Assembly (NCBI RefSeq): GCF_006345805.1
Contig: NC_043003.1
Span: forward strand, 46,934,001-46,998,000
DNA: 64,000 nucleotides
From: Octopus sinensis
Lineage: Eukaryota
Reading direction: 5' to 3'
Shown here: piece after piece, positions 1-12,200 of the stretch
Position numbering within the stretch: position 1 is the first letter of the stretch
How the letters are laid out: the number at the start of each line of letters is the position of its first letter
Translations under genes and position numbers: made by a program
The notes under the pieces: model-generated
The model's input: only the letters and a program-made list of their open reading frames with translations
Told to the model about the DNA's origin: nothing
Database searches by the model: none

Positions 1-1445
1 TGTATGTATGTATGTATGTATGTATGTATGTATGTATGTATGTATGTATGCATGTATGTATGTATGTATGTATGTATGTATGTATGTATGTATGCATGCA
101 TGTATGTATGTATGTATGTATGTATGTATGTATGTATGTATTTATGTATGTATGTATGTATGCATGCATGTATGTATGTATGTATGTATGTATGCATGTA
201 TTTATGTATGTATGTATGTATGCATGCATGTATGTATGTATGTATGTATGTATGTATGTATTTATGTATGTATGTATGTATGTATGTATGTATGTTGTAT
301 GTATGTATTTATGTATGTATGTATGTATGTATGTATGTATGCATGTATGTATGTATTTATGTATGTATGTATGTATTTATGTATGTATGTATGTATTTAT
401 GTATGTATGTATGTATGTATTTATGTATGTATGTATGTATGTATGTATGTATGTATGTATGTATGTATGCATGCATGTATGTATGTATTTATGTATGTAT
501 GTATGTATTTATGTATGTATGTATGTATGTATGTATGTATGTATGTATGTATGTATGTATTTATGTATGTATGTATTTATGTATGTATGTATGTATTTAT
601 GTATGTATGTATGTATGTATTTATGTATGTATGTATTTATGTATGTATGTATGTATGTATGTATTTATGTATGTATGTATTTATGTATGTATGTATGTAT
701 TTATGTATGTATGTATGTATGTGTATGTATGTATGCTGCATATGTATGTATGTATTGTATGTATGTATGTATGTATGTATATTATGTATGTATGTATGTA
801 TGATGCATGTATGTATGTATGTATGTATGTATGCATGTATTTATGTATGTATGTATGTATGCTGCATGTTGTATGTATGTAGTATTATGATTTTGTATGT
901 ATGTAGGTATGTATGATGTAGGTATGTATGTATGTATGTAGGTATTTATGTATGTATGTATGTATGTATGTATGTATGAATGTATGTATGTATTATGTAT
1001 GTATGTATGTATTATGTATGTATGTATGTATTTATGTATGTATGTATGATGTATTATGTATGTATGTATGTATGTATGTATGTATGTTGTATGTATGTAT
1101 GCATGATGTTATGTATTGGATTTATGATTATGTATGTATTATGTATGTATGTATGTATGTATGTATGTAGTATGTATGTATGTATTGATTTTATTTTAGG
1201 TATTGTATTTATGTATGGATGTATGTATTTATGTATGTATGTATGTATGTATTTATGTATGTATGGTTATTTATGTATGTATGTTGTATGTATGTATTAT
1301 GTATGTATTGAGTTATGTATGTATGTATGTATTTATGTATGATGTATGTATGTAGTATGTATTATGTATGTATGTATTTATGTATGTATGTATGTATGTA
1401 TGTATGATGTATGTATGTATGTATGTATGTATGTATGAATGTATG
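1..1445. repeat. (ATGT)n microsatellite array with ATTT/GCAT variant units
   Basis: Directly visible; generates the spurious MYVC ORFs. Confidence 0.98.
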
Positions 1446-1542
1446 TATTCGACTTGCACCAATGTATGTCTTAGGCCTTACGGTATATGCTTCGACCCTT
1501 TGCGTCCTGAGTTCAGATCCCACTAAGGCCTACTTAATATAT

Positions 1543-1600
1543 ATTTCTTTACTACCCACAAGGGGCTAAACACAGAGGGGACAAACAAGGACAGACAATA
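1543..1600 (-). mobile_element. 58-bp 5'-truncated SINE-A tail-2 insertion with 19-bp TSD
   Basis: TAAGGCCTACTTAATATAT at 1524-1542 and 1601-1619 flanks a fragment matching the tail at 58883-58940. Confidence 0.85.
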
Positions 1601-2184
1601 TAAGGCCTACTTAATATATGGTAGGTTTCATCCTTCACCTCTGCTACAAGTCCAACTTCAAAGTCATTAGAGAAATCCACTCCGTTGCAAGCATTTGGAC
1701 CAATTCACTTCAGTGCAGGATACATTGCCCACTCCCTCCTCCCACCAGCCAATGGAGATCCTCTAAAGTGTCATAGGCAATGCCTTCCTTCCTGACTCAA
1801 AGATAAAAATAAAATGGTCGATGAATATTAGCTAAGAATATAAACAACGGTTAGAAACCGGAAAAACCTGTGTCACTCCTTTGTCACTCTCGTAGGCAGA
1901 AATGCAGTGAATGAATGATTGGTGCGTTGAAAAAAAAACTATAATCAACGACGTTATTGTTCACAAATTGCATTTAACTGTATATATTAGAAGCAGTTTC
2001 AGAAGGATAGCACAAATTAAGCCTCACAGTATTGTGAAAAGTTGTTGGAGACATTACTGAAAGAATCTTAAAGTTCATTAAACGTGCGTGCGCATATACA
2101 CACATACACAAACACATTTCAAATTCACCAGTTTCCATTATATTGCATTATTTACGTATTTGTTCCACAAAAATTTCTAACAGC

Positions 2185-2186
<2 letters not shown>

Positions 2187-2217
<31 letters not shown>

Positions 2218-2234
2218 TGTATGTATGTATGTGC

Positions 2235-2265
<31 letters not shown>

Positions 2266-2420
2266 TGTATGTATGCATGTATGTATGTATGTATGTATGT
2301 ATGTATGTATGTATGTGTGTGTGTATGTATGTATGTATGTATGTATGTATGTATGTATGTATGTATGTATGTTTGTATGTATGTATGTATGTATGTATGT
2401 ATGTATGCATGTCTGTATGT
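2187..2420. repeat. (ATGT)n microsatellite
   Basis: Directly visible. Confidence 0.97.
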
Positions 2421-3189
2421 ATTAATTCCTTAAGCACCGACAACAGGTATGGCAAACAGTAGAAGTTGCATACAAACCACCATATACCGTCATCAGCTGT
2501 TGACTGAGAGTCAAGGCAATTTGAACGCATTGCTAAGCAGAATTGCACACATTCCTCAACTATACAAAATTAAACGAAAAATTACGCCTTATGGCTAAGT
2601 TGCAAAGGATATTATACAGTGCGTTCATTCGACCAGAAGAGTCGAAATTGCCATGACGTTCGATCGGCAGCTGATCAAAGATTGTGGTGACTTTGCATTT
2701 TTTGCGTGTTTTACCTGTTGTCGATACTTTATTTTTCTTGTTTCGTGGTAAAAAAAAGTATGTATTCCACATTTATTTACACAAACACACACGTACACAG
2801 ACGCAGCCACCCACCCACACGCACACACACATGCATGTATGTGTGTAAATATTTATTTATGTGCGTGTGTGTCTGTGTATGTCTGTGTGTGCGTGTGTAA
2901 TATGGATGGCTTGGCAATTTAACAACCTAAGGGTAAAATCATAGACGTCATTTAAGTGACAGCGGGTAAAAAGTAGTACCAGCATTGCTAGAAATAAGAG
3001 TTAAAAGAACTGAATATATATATATAAGGATATGTAAGTATATATATTTCTTCCTTCTTTCCTGAGCGTCCAATAATACTTTATTTGTTCCACATCCTTG
3101 CGTTGTTGTCTTTTTGTTTTCTTGTTTGGATTAACTTCATATATATATATATATATTATATATATATATATATATAATATAACTGCGGA

Positions 3190-3745
3190 TTTTGGCGTTG
3201 ATTTACGAGTCTCTCTCGAAGGAGTCAGATACATTCTAAAGTCGGTCATCCTGGTGGTTTACTGTCTGTTCGATGTCAAACTCTTTTCATCAGTGACCAC
3301 CAGGTTGGGCAGGAATCTGACGCAAGATAAGGCGACTTCTCTTCAGTCTCAAGGTCTTATAATTTTGCGTGAGCTCATGACAGCGGATCGTTTTGGAAAG
3401 GTGAGTTCGCAGATCCTCCTTCAGCACTCCATACATCGATCTTTCGCCTATTTTTACTGTAGCAGCTAGTTTTCTGACTGAAAATGAGTATTTTCCCGTA
3501 TCTTTTCTGTGGTACTCTTGATAAACTGAGGGGTCCGCACATTTCTTTTCTGGTCACGTCCAGGTCAATCAGTGGTGGAACCAGTCTCTTGAAATTCCTT
3601 GACAATATTCCACACTGTTGTTTGGTTAATTTTAAGCTATTTTCCTGTAGCTGTATTACATTCGCCTCCTTTGTGGAGGGTTATGATTGTATTTCGGTCT
3701 ATAGCCATTATCTGTTCTATAAATCTCAATTTATTTAGTCTGAAA
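3190..3745 (-). pseudogene. Decayed Tc1/mariner transposase fragment (DD37D/maT-like)
   Basis: Minus-strand frames give VKEFQETGSTTD*PGRDQKRNVRTPQFIK (HTH region) and LPNLVVTDEK...DIEQTVNHQDDR (first catalytic D); stops and frameshifts present. Confidence 0.75.
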
Positions 3746-4274
3746 CCAAAAGAAGACACACTAAGCTTTTATAATTATGTATAATTTTCATATCATCACA
3801 TTTATTGATATATACCTATTGAATGTATGTACGAACATACGTACATATGTACGTATTCAAATATATATGCAAGTATAAATGTGGTTTGTGGGTATGTATA
3901 CGTTTGTAGTACATTTGTGTGGTAATTTGTCTGCATATGTGCTGCTTATAAGTATTAATCTATTTGTACGTACGTGTGTGTGTACGTACGTGTATGAATC
4001 TGTATACTTTTGTGTTTGGTATAATGTGTGATACACGTCACAGATTTCGGTAAACTCCCAGTTGATACTATCTTTTTCTTTCCACTGTCAGAATTGTTTG
4101 GATAAATAAACAGAAGAAATTTAATAGAAGAAACGATTGTTTGTAAACAACGACAACACCTCTATTATTTGACTTAACACCACGGTCAGAACACGTGATT
4201 CACACCCTAAACTCTAACTATAAGCAGAAGAACAAAAACAGACGCGCACTCAGCGATATATATACATACGCTCG

Positions 4275-4537
4275 TTTTATTTGGCAGAAAGATCAGAGCG
4301 TCGAGAAAATGCTTTGCGGTAAATTCATCCAGATCTTTATGTTTCAGGTTCAAATCCCGCCAGGAACTAGGGCTAATGATATCGACCAAGTCTATTCCAT
4401 CTTTACGTTCTAACGACATCGATTTTACCTTTTACTCTCACGGGGTAAAATGCGTTCCAGTTGAGCACTGACGTCAATGTAATCGACTACCTCCCTGCAC
4501 TGCAAAATCTCAGGCCTTGTGCCTATAGTAGAAAGAA
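4275..4537 (+). mobile_element. Old SINE-A copy, tail-1 type, ending in (ATT)n
   Basis: Diverged match to family A head and body; ends GGCCTTGTGCCTATAGTAGAAAGAATTATT. Confidence 0.65.
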
Positions 4538-4897
<360 letters not shown>

Positions 4898-4912
4898 GTT
4901 ATTGTTATTATT

Positions 4913-5201
4913 GAGTGAGAGAGCAGTGCATTCCATCAAAGTGACACTGAGGTAAAAATATGTCTGATAAGGGTACACCAGGCGCAGCATGGTGACCTCA
5001 TATCAACATAAACAGCGCATGACCTTGCAGATGGGACCCAGTTAGAATTTTATTCAAGTTGAGTAGCCCATCTTGCTCAAAAGGTTCCTGAATAAAGGTT
5101 GTTTGAAGATGTTGAACGAAAAACCCATGTTTTCAGAGGGGAATTATTCAAACCCCTAAGAATTCCTCTCGACACATGTCTATGATGCTCCCCTACTACT
5201 G

Positions 5202-5204
<3 letters not shown>
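4913..5204 (-). mobile_element. Element E: non-coding retroposon flanked by (AAT)n
   Basis: Same sequence at 6117-6407, 54753-54964 and partly 27871-28151; shared terminus GAGTGAGAGAGCAG abuts ATT repeats. Orientation inferred. Confidence 0.75.
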
Positions 5205-5293
<89 letters not shown>

Positions 5294-5294
<1 letters not shown>

Positions 5295-5722
5295 TCTTTC
5301 TTTCTCCAAATTTTCTTCCGTTTCTCGCCGAGTGTTTTGCGTACACCTAGGGCAGAGAAGCTCATTGTATGCATTCCCAGATTACATACGCAAATTCACA
5401 GGTAAAATATGTATTTAAAAAATTAATAAAGTCATGAATGGATGTTGTTTTCACAGCGATAATGCTCTTCTCAGTAAATGAGTCGTTCCAGTTAACACGA
5501 TTTTCTACACTTCCTGTAGGGATGGTAAGCCTGGTATCATTTTCAAATAGTTTTCAGTACCTTTTTTTTATCATTCCTTGAGATTCTATAATCACTGGTA
5601 CTATAGTCGCCTTGAGATGCCACATTTTTTCAATTTCTATTAGCAAGTCTTTATATTTACTGATCTTGTCAAATTCTTTCGCCGCTATATTGTGATCGCA
5701 AGGAATGATCATGTCAATTAAT
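5294..5722 (-). pseudogene. 3' fragment of R4/Dong-like LINE (RLE endonuclease C-terminus + 3' UTR)
   Basis: Translates LLIDMIIPCDHNIAAKEFDKISKYKDLLIEIEKMWHLK...TTHLLRRALSL*, homologous to ORF 55416-56102; frameshift and stop present. Confidence 0.85.
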
Positions 5723-5775
5723 AATTGATATTAATTTATTAATTAACATCATCATCATCATCATTATTATTATTA

Positions 5776-5830
<55 letters not shown>

Positions 5831-5885
5831 TTATTTTATTATTATTATTAGATTATATTATGTATTATTATTATTATATTATATT

Positions 5886-6404
5886 AGGCGGTGAACTGGC
5901 AAAATCGTTAGCGCGGTGGAAGAAAAATGTCTAGCGGTATTCGCCCGTCGCTACGTTCTGGGCTCAAATTCAGCCGAGGTCGACTTTGTCTTTCATCCTT
6001 CCGGGGCGATAACTTAAATGCCAGTGAAAAACATGGGGTTGATGTAATCCACTTAATCCCTTCCCCTAAATTTCAGTCCTTTGCTTATTGTTGAAAGGAT
6101 TGTTATTGTTATTATTGAGTGAGAGAGCAGTGCATTCCATCAAAGTGACACTGAGGTAAAAATATGGCTGATAAGGGTACACCAGGCGCAGCATGGTGAC
6201 CTCATATCAACATAAACAGCGCATGACCTTGCAGATGGGACCCAGTTAGAATTTTATTCAGTTGAGTAGCCCATCTTGCTCAAAAGGTTCCTGAATAAAG
6301 GTTGTTTGAAGATATTGAACGAAAAACCCATGTTTTCAGAGGGGAATTATTCAAACCCCTAAGAATTCCTCTCGACACATGTCTATGATGCTCCCCTACT
6401 ACTG

Positions 6405-6444
<40 letters not shown>

Positions 6445-6965
6445 TATTATTATTATATTATTATTATTATTATTATATTATTATTATATTATTATTTCTT
6501 TCTTTCTCCAAATTTTCTTCCGTTTCTCGCCGAGTGTTTTGCGTACACCTAGGGCAGAGAAGCTCATTGTATGCATTCCCAGATTACATACGCAAATTCA
6601 CAGGTAAAAATGTATTTAAAAAATTAATAAAGTCATGAATGGATGTTGTTTTCACAGCGATAATGCTCTTCTCAGTAAATGAGTCGTTCCAGTTAACACG
6701 ATTTTCTACACTTCCTGTAGGGATGGTAAGCCTGGTATCATTTTCAAATAGTTTTCAGTACCTTTTTTTTATCATTCCTGAGATTCTATAATCACTGGTA
6801 CTATAGTCGCCTTGAGATGCCACATTTTTTCAATTCTATTAGCAAGTCTTTATTATTACTGATCTTGTCAAATTCTTTCGCCGCTATATTGTGATCGCAA
6901 GGAATGATCATGTCAATTAATAATTGATATTAATTTATTAATTAACATCATCATCATTCATCATT
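5886..6965. repeat. Second copy of a ~1.2-kb tandem duplication (SINE-A + E + Dong fragment)
   Basis: Colinear with 4682-5765 at offset ~1204; differences are mostly 1-bp indels. Confidence 0.92.
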
Positions 6966-6991
6966 ATTATTATATGATTATTATATTATTA

Positions 6992-7032
<41 letters not shown>

Positions 7033-7033
<1 letters not shown>

Positions 7034-7335
7034 CGTCCGTCTTCACGTTCTAAGTTCAAATTCCTCCGAGGTCGACTTTGCCCCTTATCTTTTCAGAATA
7101 AATGAAATAAGTACCAGTTGAGTTCTGGGGGTCGATGCAATCGACTGGTCCCTTCCCAAAAACTTGAGGCCTTGTGCCTATAGTACAAAGGAATTTTATT
7201 ATCATTGGCGACTTTGCCTTTCATCCTTTCATGGTCGATAAATTAAAAACCAGTGAAAATCTTGAGTCGATATAATCGACTAATCCTCTCCCCCACCAAA
7301 TTTGAGGCCTTGTGCTTCCAGTAGAAAGGATTATT
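7033..7335 (+). mobile_element. Two 5'-truncated SINE-A copies in tandem
   Basis: Body and tail-1 matches at 7033-7200 and 7205-7335. Confidence 0.8.
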
Positions 7336-7354
7336 ATTATTTTACTATTATTAT

Positions 7355-7570
7355 AAGGCGGTGAGTTGGCAGAATCGTCAGCACAACGGGCGAAAAGCTT
7401 AACAGCATTTCGTCCGTCTTTACGTTCTAAGTTCAATTTCCGCCAAAATCAAATTTGCCTTTCATCCAATCGAGGTCGATAAAATAAGTACCAGCGAAAC
7501 ATTGGGATCGATGTAATCGACTTGTCCCCTCCCTACAAATTTCAGGCTTTGTGCCTATAAGTAGAAAGAA
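7355..7570 (+). mobile_element. Full-length old SINE-A, tail-1 (left arm of local inverted duplication)
   Basis: Head AAGGCGGTGAGTTGGCAGAATCG; private variants CAATTTCCGCCAAAATCAAATTTG shared with 7819-7943 in reverse. Confidence 0.9.
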
Positions 7571-7818
7571 TTATAATTATTATCACCATCATCATCGTCA
7601 TAGTCATTATTATCGTCGTCGTCGTAATCAAAGCAACGTGCTGGCAGAATTGTTAGTACGTTGAATATTTTTTTCTTTCCTGGCTCTTTGCGTTCTGAGT
7701 TCGAATCCTGCCGAAAACAACTTTTCCTTTTATCCTTTCAGGATAAAATAATGTACTTCCTGGGGTAATGGCTTTTCAAGAAATGCCGAAGGAAAACAAA
7801 CATAGAGACAAACAGGGT

Positions 7819-8177
7819 GGGGACAAGTCGATTATATCGATCCCAGTGTTTAGCTGGTACTTGTTTTATCGACCTCGATCGGATGAAAGGCAAATTTGAT
7901 TTTGGCGGAAATTGAACTTAGAACGTAAAGACGGACGAAATGCCTATTTCTTTACTACCCACAAGGGGCTAAAAACAGAGAGGACAAACAAGGACAGACA
8001 AACGGATTAAGTCGATTATATCGACCCCAGTGCGTAACTGGTATTTATTTAATCGACCCCGAAAGGATGAAAGGCAAAGTCGACCTCGGCGGAATTTGAA
8101 CCCAGAACCTAACGGCAGACGAAATACCACTAAGCATTTCGCCCGGCGTGCTGCTGATTCTGCCAGCTCGCCGCCTT
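7819..8177 (-). mobile_element. SINE-A with extra 184-bp young module (7944-8127)
   Basis: Head, young body, tail-2, junction AAAGAAATAG|GCATTTC, then old body. Confidence 0.88.
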
Positions 8178-8266
8178 ATAATAATAGTAATAGTAATAAT
8201 AATCCTTTCTACTGGAAGCACAAGGCCTCAAACACTACCTTGAGTTGATAATATGCTAGTAACTTG

Positions 8267-8683
8267 AGGACGGCGAGCTAGTAGAATCGTTAGCACGTCG
8301 GGCGAAATGCTTAGCGGTATTTCGGCTGCCGCTACGTTGTGAGTTCAAATTCCGCCGTGGTCGACTTTGCCTTTCATCCTTTCGGGGTCGTTAAATTAAG
8401 TACCAGTTGTACACTGGGGTCGATGTAATCGACTTAATACCTATGTCTGTCTTTGTTTGTCCCCTCTGTGTTTAGCCCCTTGTGGGTAATAAAGAAATAG
8501 GTATTTCGGCTGCCGTTACGTTCTGAGTTCAAATTCCGCCGAGGTCGACTTTGCTTTTCATCCTTTCGGGGTCGATAAATTAAGTACCAGTTACGCACTG
8601 GGGTCGATGTAACCGACTTAAGCCCTTTGTCTGTCCTTGTTTGTCCCCTCTGTGTTTAGACACCCTGTAAGCAATAAAGAAAT
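8267..8683 (+). mobile_element. Dimeric SINE-A (head + two body/tail-2 modules) with TSD
   Basis: Module 8317-8500 repeated from 8501; TATGCTAGTAA at 8252-8262 and 8689-8699. Confidence 0.9.
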
Positions 8684-9033
8684 AAAATTATGCTAGTAAT
8701 CAGATTAATCGTGGTTTTAAAGTGATTCCCGACCGAATGACAGGGAGTGTTGGTAGAGACATATCCGAGAGACACCTTAATTTAGAAATGAATATGAATT
8801 CCATTCATATTCATTCATCCTGAGCGGAAGTTTCAGTGCGTTGTGAGTAAACGATAATTAGAGATTTATATTACGTGTATTAATTGGATAAATACTCAAC
8901 GCTTATTCATGCAGTATGATTGGAAAGGGAAACGACCCACGTCTATGCAGCGATCAGGCATATCGTATGTGGATGTGTATACATGACTCTGTGTGTGTGT
9001 TTTTGTGTGTGTGTGTGTTGTGTGTGTGTGTGT

Positions 9034-9067
<34 letters not shown>

Positions 9068-9360
9068 TACGTGGAATTGTATATGGTTAGACAGACAGAC
9101 AAGGGGATGCAAAATTGGGGTACAATCTTTAAGATAGTGGTCATCTATCAGACATCAGGTGGCGTTGGGAGGCCTCTTTGAAATACTTGAGAAAGAATTT
9201 AGGGACGTGTCGGCAGGTGGAAACCGGATTCGGTACACTTCAATTGTTGGTCGCTTTTATGATTTTCCACAACAAAATTTACAAAATCACGCGTGTGTGT
9301 ATATAGATATATATATAGAGAGAGAGATAAAGAGAGAGAGAGAGAGGTAAAGATACATAC

Positions 9361-9408
<48 letters not shown>

Positions 9409-9461
9409 GTGAAAGAGTTGGTATGTGAAAGCTCGTGGTTCGATGTAAGACAAAACAGACA

Positions 9462-9650
9462 GAAAAAAACTACAGAAGGCTTGTGTTATATGGTTAAAGA
9501 ATATATTTAAATCAATTTGAAAAGAAAATACGAAACCGATTATTTTTCCGAAAACTATGTTACTATGCGCAAAATTTTACGACATTTTTCTAACATAACG
9601 ATTTGAATATATTCTTTAACCATATAACAGAAGCCTTCTCCAGTTTTTTC
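9462..9650. mobile_element. Small fold-back/MITE-like element
   Basis: 9475-9513 and 9600-9638 are inverted repeats (37/39 identical), extendable ~12 bp outward with mismatches. Confidence 0.6.
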
Positions 9651-9680
9651 ACTCCATTTTGTCTTATATATATATATATA

Positions 9681-9847
9681 TTCTTTTCTTCTTTCATTTG
9701 TTTCAGTCATTTGACCGCCACTATGCTGGAGCACCGCCTTTAATCGAACAAATCGCCCCACAGGAATTATTCTTTGTAAGCCTGGTACTTTTTCCATCGT
9801 CTATTCTGCCGAACTGCAAAGTTAGGGGGACATGAACACAGACACAC

Positions 9848-9888
<41 letters not shown>

Positions 9889-10096
9889 CACACACATATA
9901 TATATAATATTTATATATATATATATATATATATACGACGGGCTTCTTTCAGTTTCCGTCTACCAAATGCTCTCACAAGGCTTTGCGCTGCCGAGGCCAT
10001 GATAGAAAACACTTGCCAAGGTGCCACGCATTGGGACTGAACCCGGAGTCATGTGGTTGTTAAGCAAGCTACTTACCACACAGCCATTCATGCGCC
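9681..10096 (-). mobile_element. SINE-B (tRNA head + CORE-like + internal microsatellite + 3' module)
   Basis: Reverse complement of the 41293-41695 type; internal (CA)n(TA)n. Confidence 0.9.
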
Positions 10097-10147
<51 letters not shown>

Positions 10148-10275
10148 ATTAATTAATAAGGGTAAGAGAATTAGATACTAATTTAATAGTATATCTATTC
10201 TACACCAAGTGGCCTAGTGCTCCGAAAGAAACCTGGATTATTATAATATTTTATAATATATTATAATATTTTTAC

Positions 10276-10706
10276 AAAATAAATATAAGAGAGTGGTCAC
10301 TATATGGCTCACTCTAGCACCAGTTAATCCAAAAGGTTTCAACCACAAAAATACATGTTTCCCATGAAAGTCAGTACGATTGTTAGCTCACACGGACAGG
10401 GCAAATAAAAAATAACAAAAATACAGATTATTTTGGGACAATTGTTCGCTATTAATGAATTAAATGTAATTTTACTTACAAAAAAATCCACTTGTAGCTC
10501 CTCAGCCAAAACTATCTGGATGAAATCCACTCAATCACACGCCAGATTTTACCATAACGATAAATACGCGTGTGGTTCAATTGATTACATCCGACGTTAT
10601 AATTCAAATGCCCCAACTAACAGCGCGCCAATTTTCACGGAAAACAAATACAGCATTGGTGGTGCTAGAGTGAGCCATATAGTGACCACTCTCTTATATT
10701 TATTTT
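10276..10706. mobile_element. Element bounded by perfect 47-bp inverted repeats, in (TA)n
   Basis: 10276-10322 is the exact reverse complement of 10660-10706. Confidence 0.75.
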
Positions 10707-10715
10707 ATATATATA

Positions 10716-10758
<43 letters not shown>

Positions 10759-11160
10759 GCGGTGTGGTGTGTGTGTTGTGTGCATGTATGTATGTATGTA
10801 TACACACATGTATATATTGTATAGGTATCCACAAATATAAAAACGTTTTATATGTATATATTTGAGAGAGAGGGGGAGAGACAGAGAGAGAAAGAAATAT
10901 ACAAAGTATAGTACATTTATTATTTGCTTATGTTGTCGTGGTATAAAAAACAAACGTGATCAATACAATAACGGTATATGTAGTTCAGCTTAAACTTGCT
11001 GACACGGTCCTAATTTGTCCTTGGAACTTCAAAAAGATCATTTCTCTTTGAAAGTTTAGAGACAAAATATACATACATACATACAGCTAGATAAACAGAT
11101 AGGCATATGTGTGTATATATATATCATGTATACATACATGATATATTTATAAACATAGTC

Positions 11161-11312
11161 GAAGTAGTGGCTGCGTGGTAAGTAGCTTGCTTACCAAACA
11201 CTTGGTTCCAGGTTCAGTCGCACTGCTTGGCACCTTGGGCAAGTGTGTTTTACTATAGCAACCAAAGCCTTGTGAGTGGATTTGGTAGACAGAAACTGAA
11301 AGATGCCCGTCG
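11161..11312 (+). mobile_element. SINE-B head-only copy ending in (TA)n
   Basis: GTGGCTGCGTGGTAAGTAGC...GCCCGTCG then TA repeats. Confidence 0.88.
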
Positions 11313-11378
11313 TATATATTATATAAAAATATATATATATATATATATATATATAGATATATATATATATATATATAT

Positions 11379-11424
<46 letters not shown>

Positions 11425-11425
<1 letters not shown>

Positions 11426-11738
11426 GGGTGATGGTTGATTGAAAAGTAACTCCCTATTTTAAAATACTTGTAATTTATTTATTAACTACAATTTTTAGAA
11501 AAAACGAATATGTAAAGAAAGTGTATAGCATGGAATTTTTTTCAAAATTTAATATAGGCATCGGCATCCCACCATCAGCTTCTGAAGCCGCCTGGGGACC
11601 ACATCAACTGATTTCATCAGGGAGTCTTGTGGAATGGAAGACATAACTTCTCGTATCCGACCTTCATGTTCTTCCAAAGTCATTGGTTTGGTAGACAAGA
11701 CTTCCCAAAGAAAACAGTCGCAGGGTGTTAAACCTAGA
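11425..11738 (-). pseudogene. Tc1/mariner 3' end with terminal repeat
   Basis: Minus translation LTPCDCFLWEV...TKPMTLEEHEGRIREVMSSIP (SPDLxPxDFFLW-type motif); TA|CGGGTG terminus at 11423-11430; cut by the SINE at 11739. Confidence 0.7.
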
Positions 11739-12200
11739 AGGTTACCCTCCTAGGCACAAGTCTGAGCAAGGTTGTTCATGGAAGACCAGCAGTTGCCCAT
11801 GCATACCAGCCTCCCCTCTCCACGCCATTGACGTTATCCAAGAGAGAGAGGCAAAGGCCGATACAGCTTGGCACCAGTGACGTCGTAGCTCATTTATTAA
11901 CCTACAAGTGTCTGAGCACTCCACAGACACGTGTACCCTTAACGTAGTTCTCGGGGAGATTCAGCGTGACACAGAGTGTGACAAGGCTGGCCTTGAAATA
12001 CAGGCACAACAGGAATAGGAAGAAAGAGTGAATGTTGTGGTGAAAGAGCACAGCAGGGTTCACCACCACCCCTTGCCGGAGCCACGTGGAGCTTTAGGTC
12101 TTTTCGCTCAATAAACACTTACAATGCCTGGTCTGGGAATCGAAACCGCGATCCTACGACCGCGAGTCCGCTGCCCTAGCCACTGAGCGATTGCGCTTCC
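11739..12200 (-). mobile_element. Composite SINE: C head + middle module + D-type tail
   Basis: Head shared with 50937-51228, middle with 37090-37190, tail with 43400-43550. Confidence 0.85.

Noticed and set aside
4-1342. Long ORFs (MYVC..., and all HTHT/IYIY/CVCV/IYLS/poly-N/Y/I/L ORFs across the window)
   Set aside because: Translations of stop-free microsatellites, open in several frames and on both strands.
2020-2085. Possible Tc1 C-terminal remnant (YCEKLLE...)
   Set aside because: Too short and degraded to support.
10470-10512. CTGAGGAGCTACAAGTGG (minus) as a hammerhead
   Set aside because: GAAA absent; no stems I or III.
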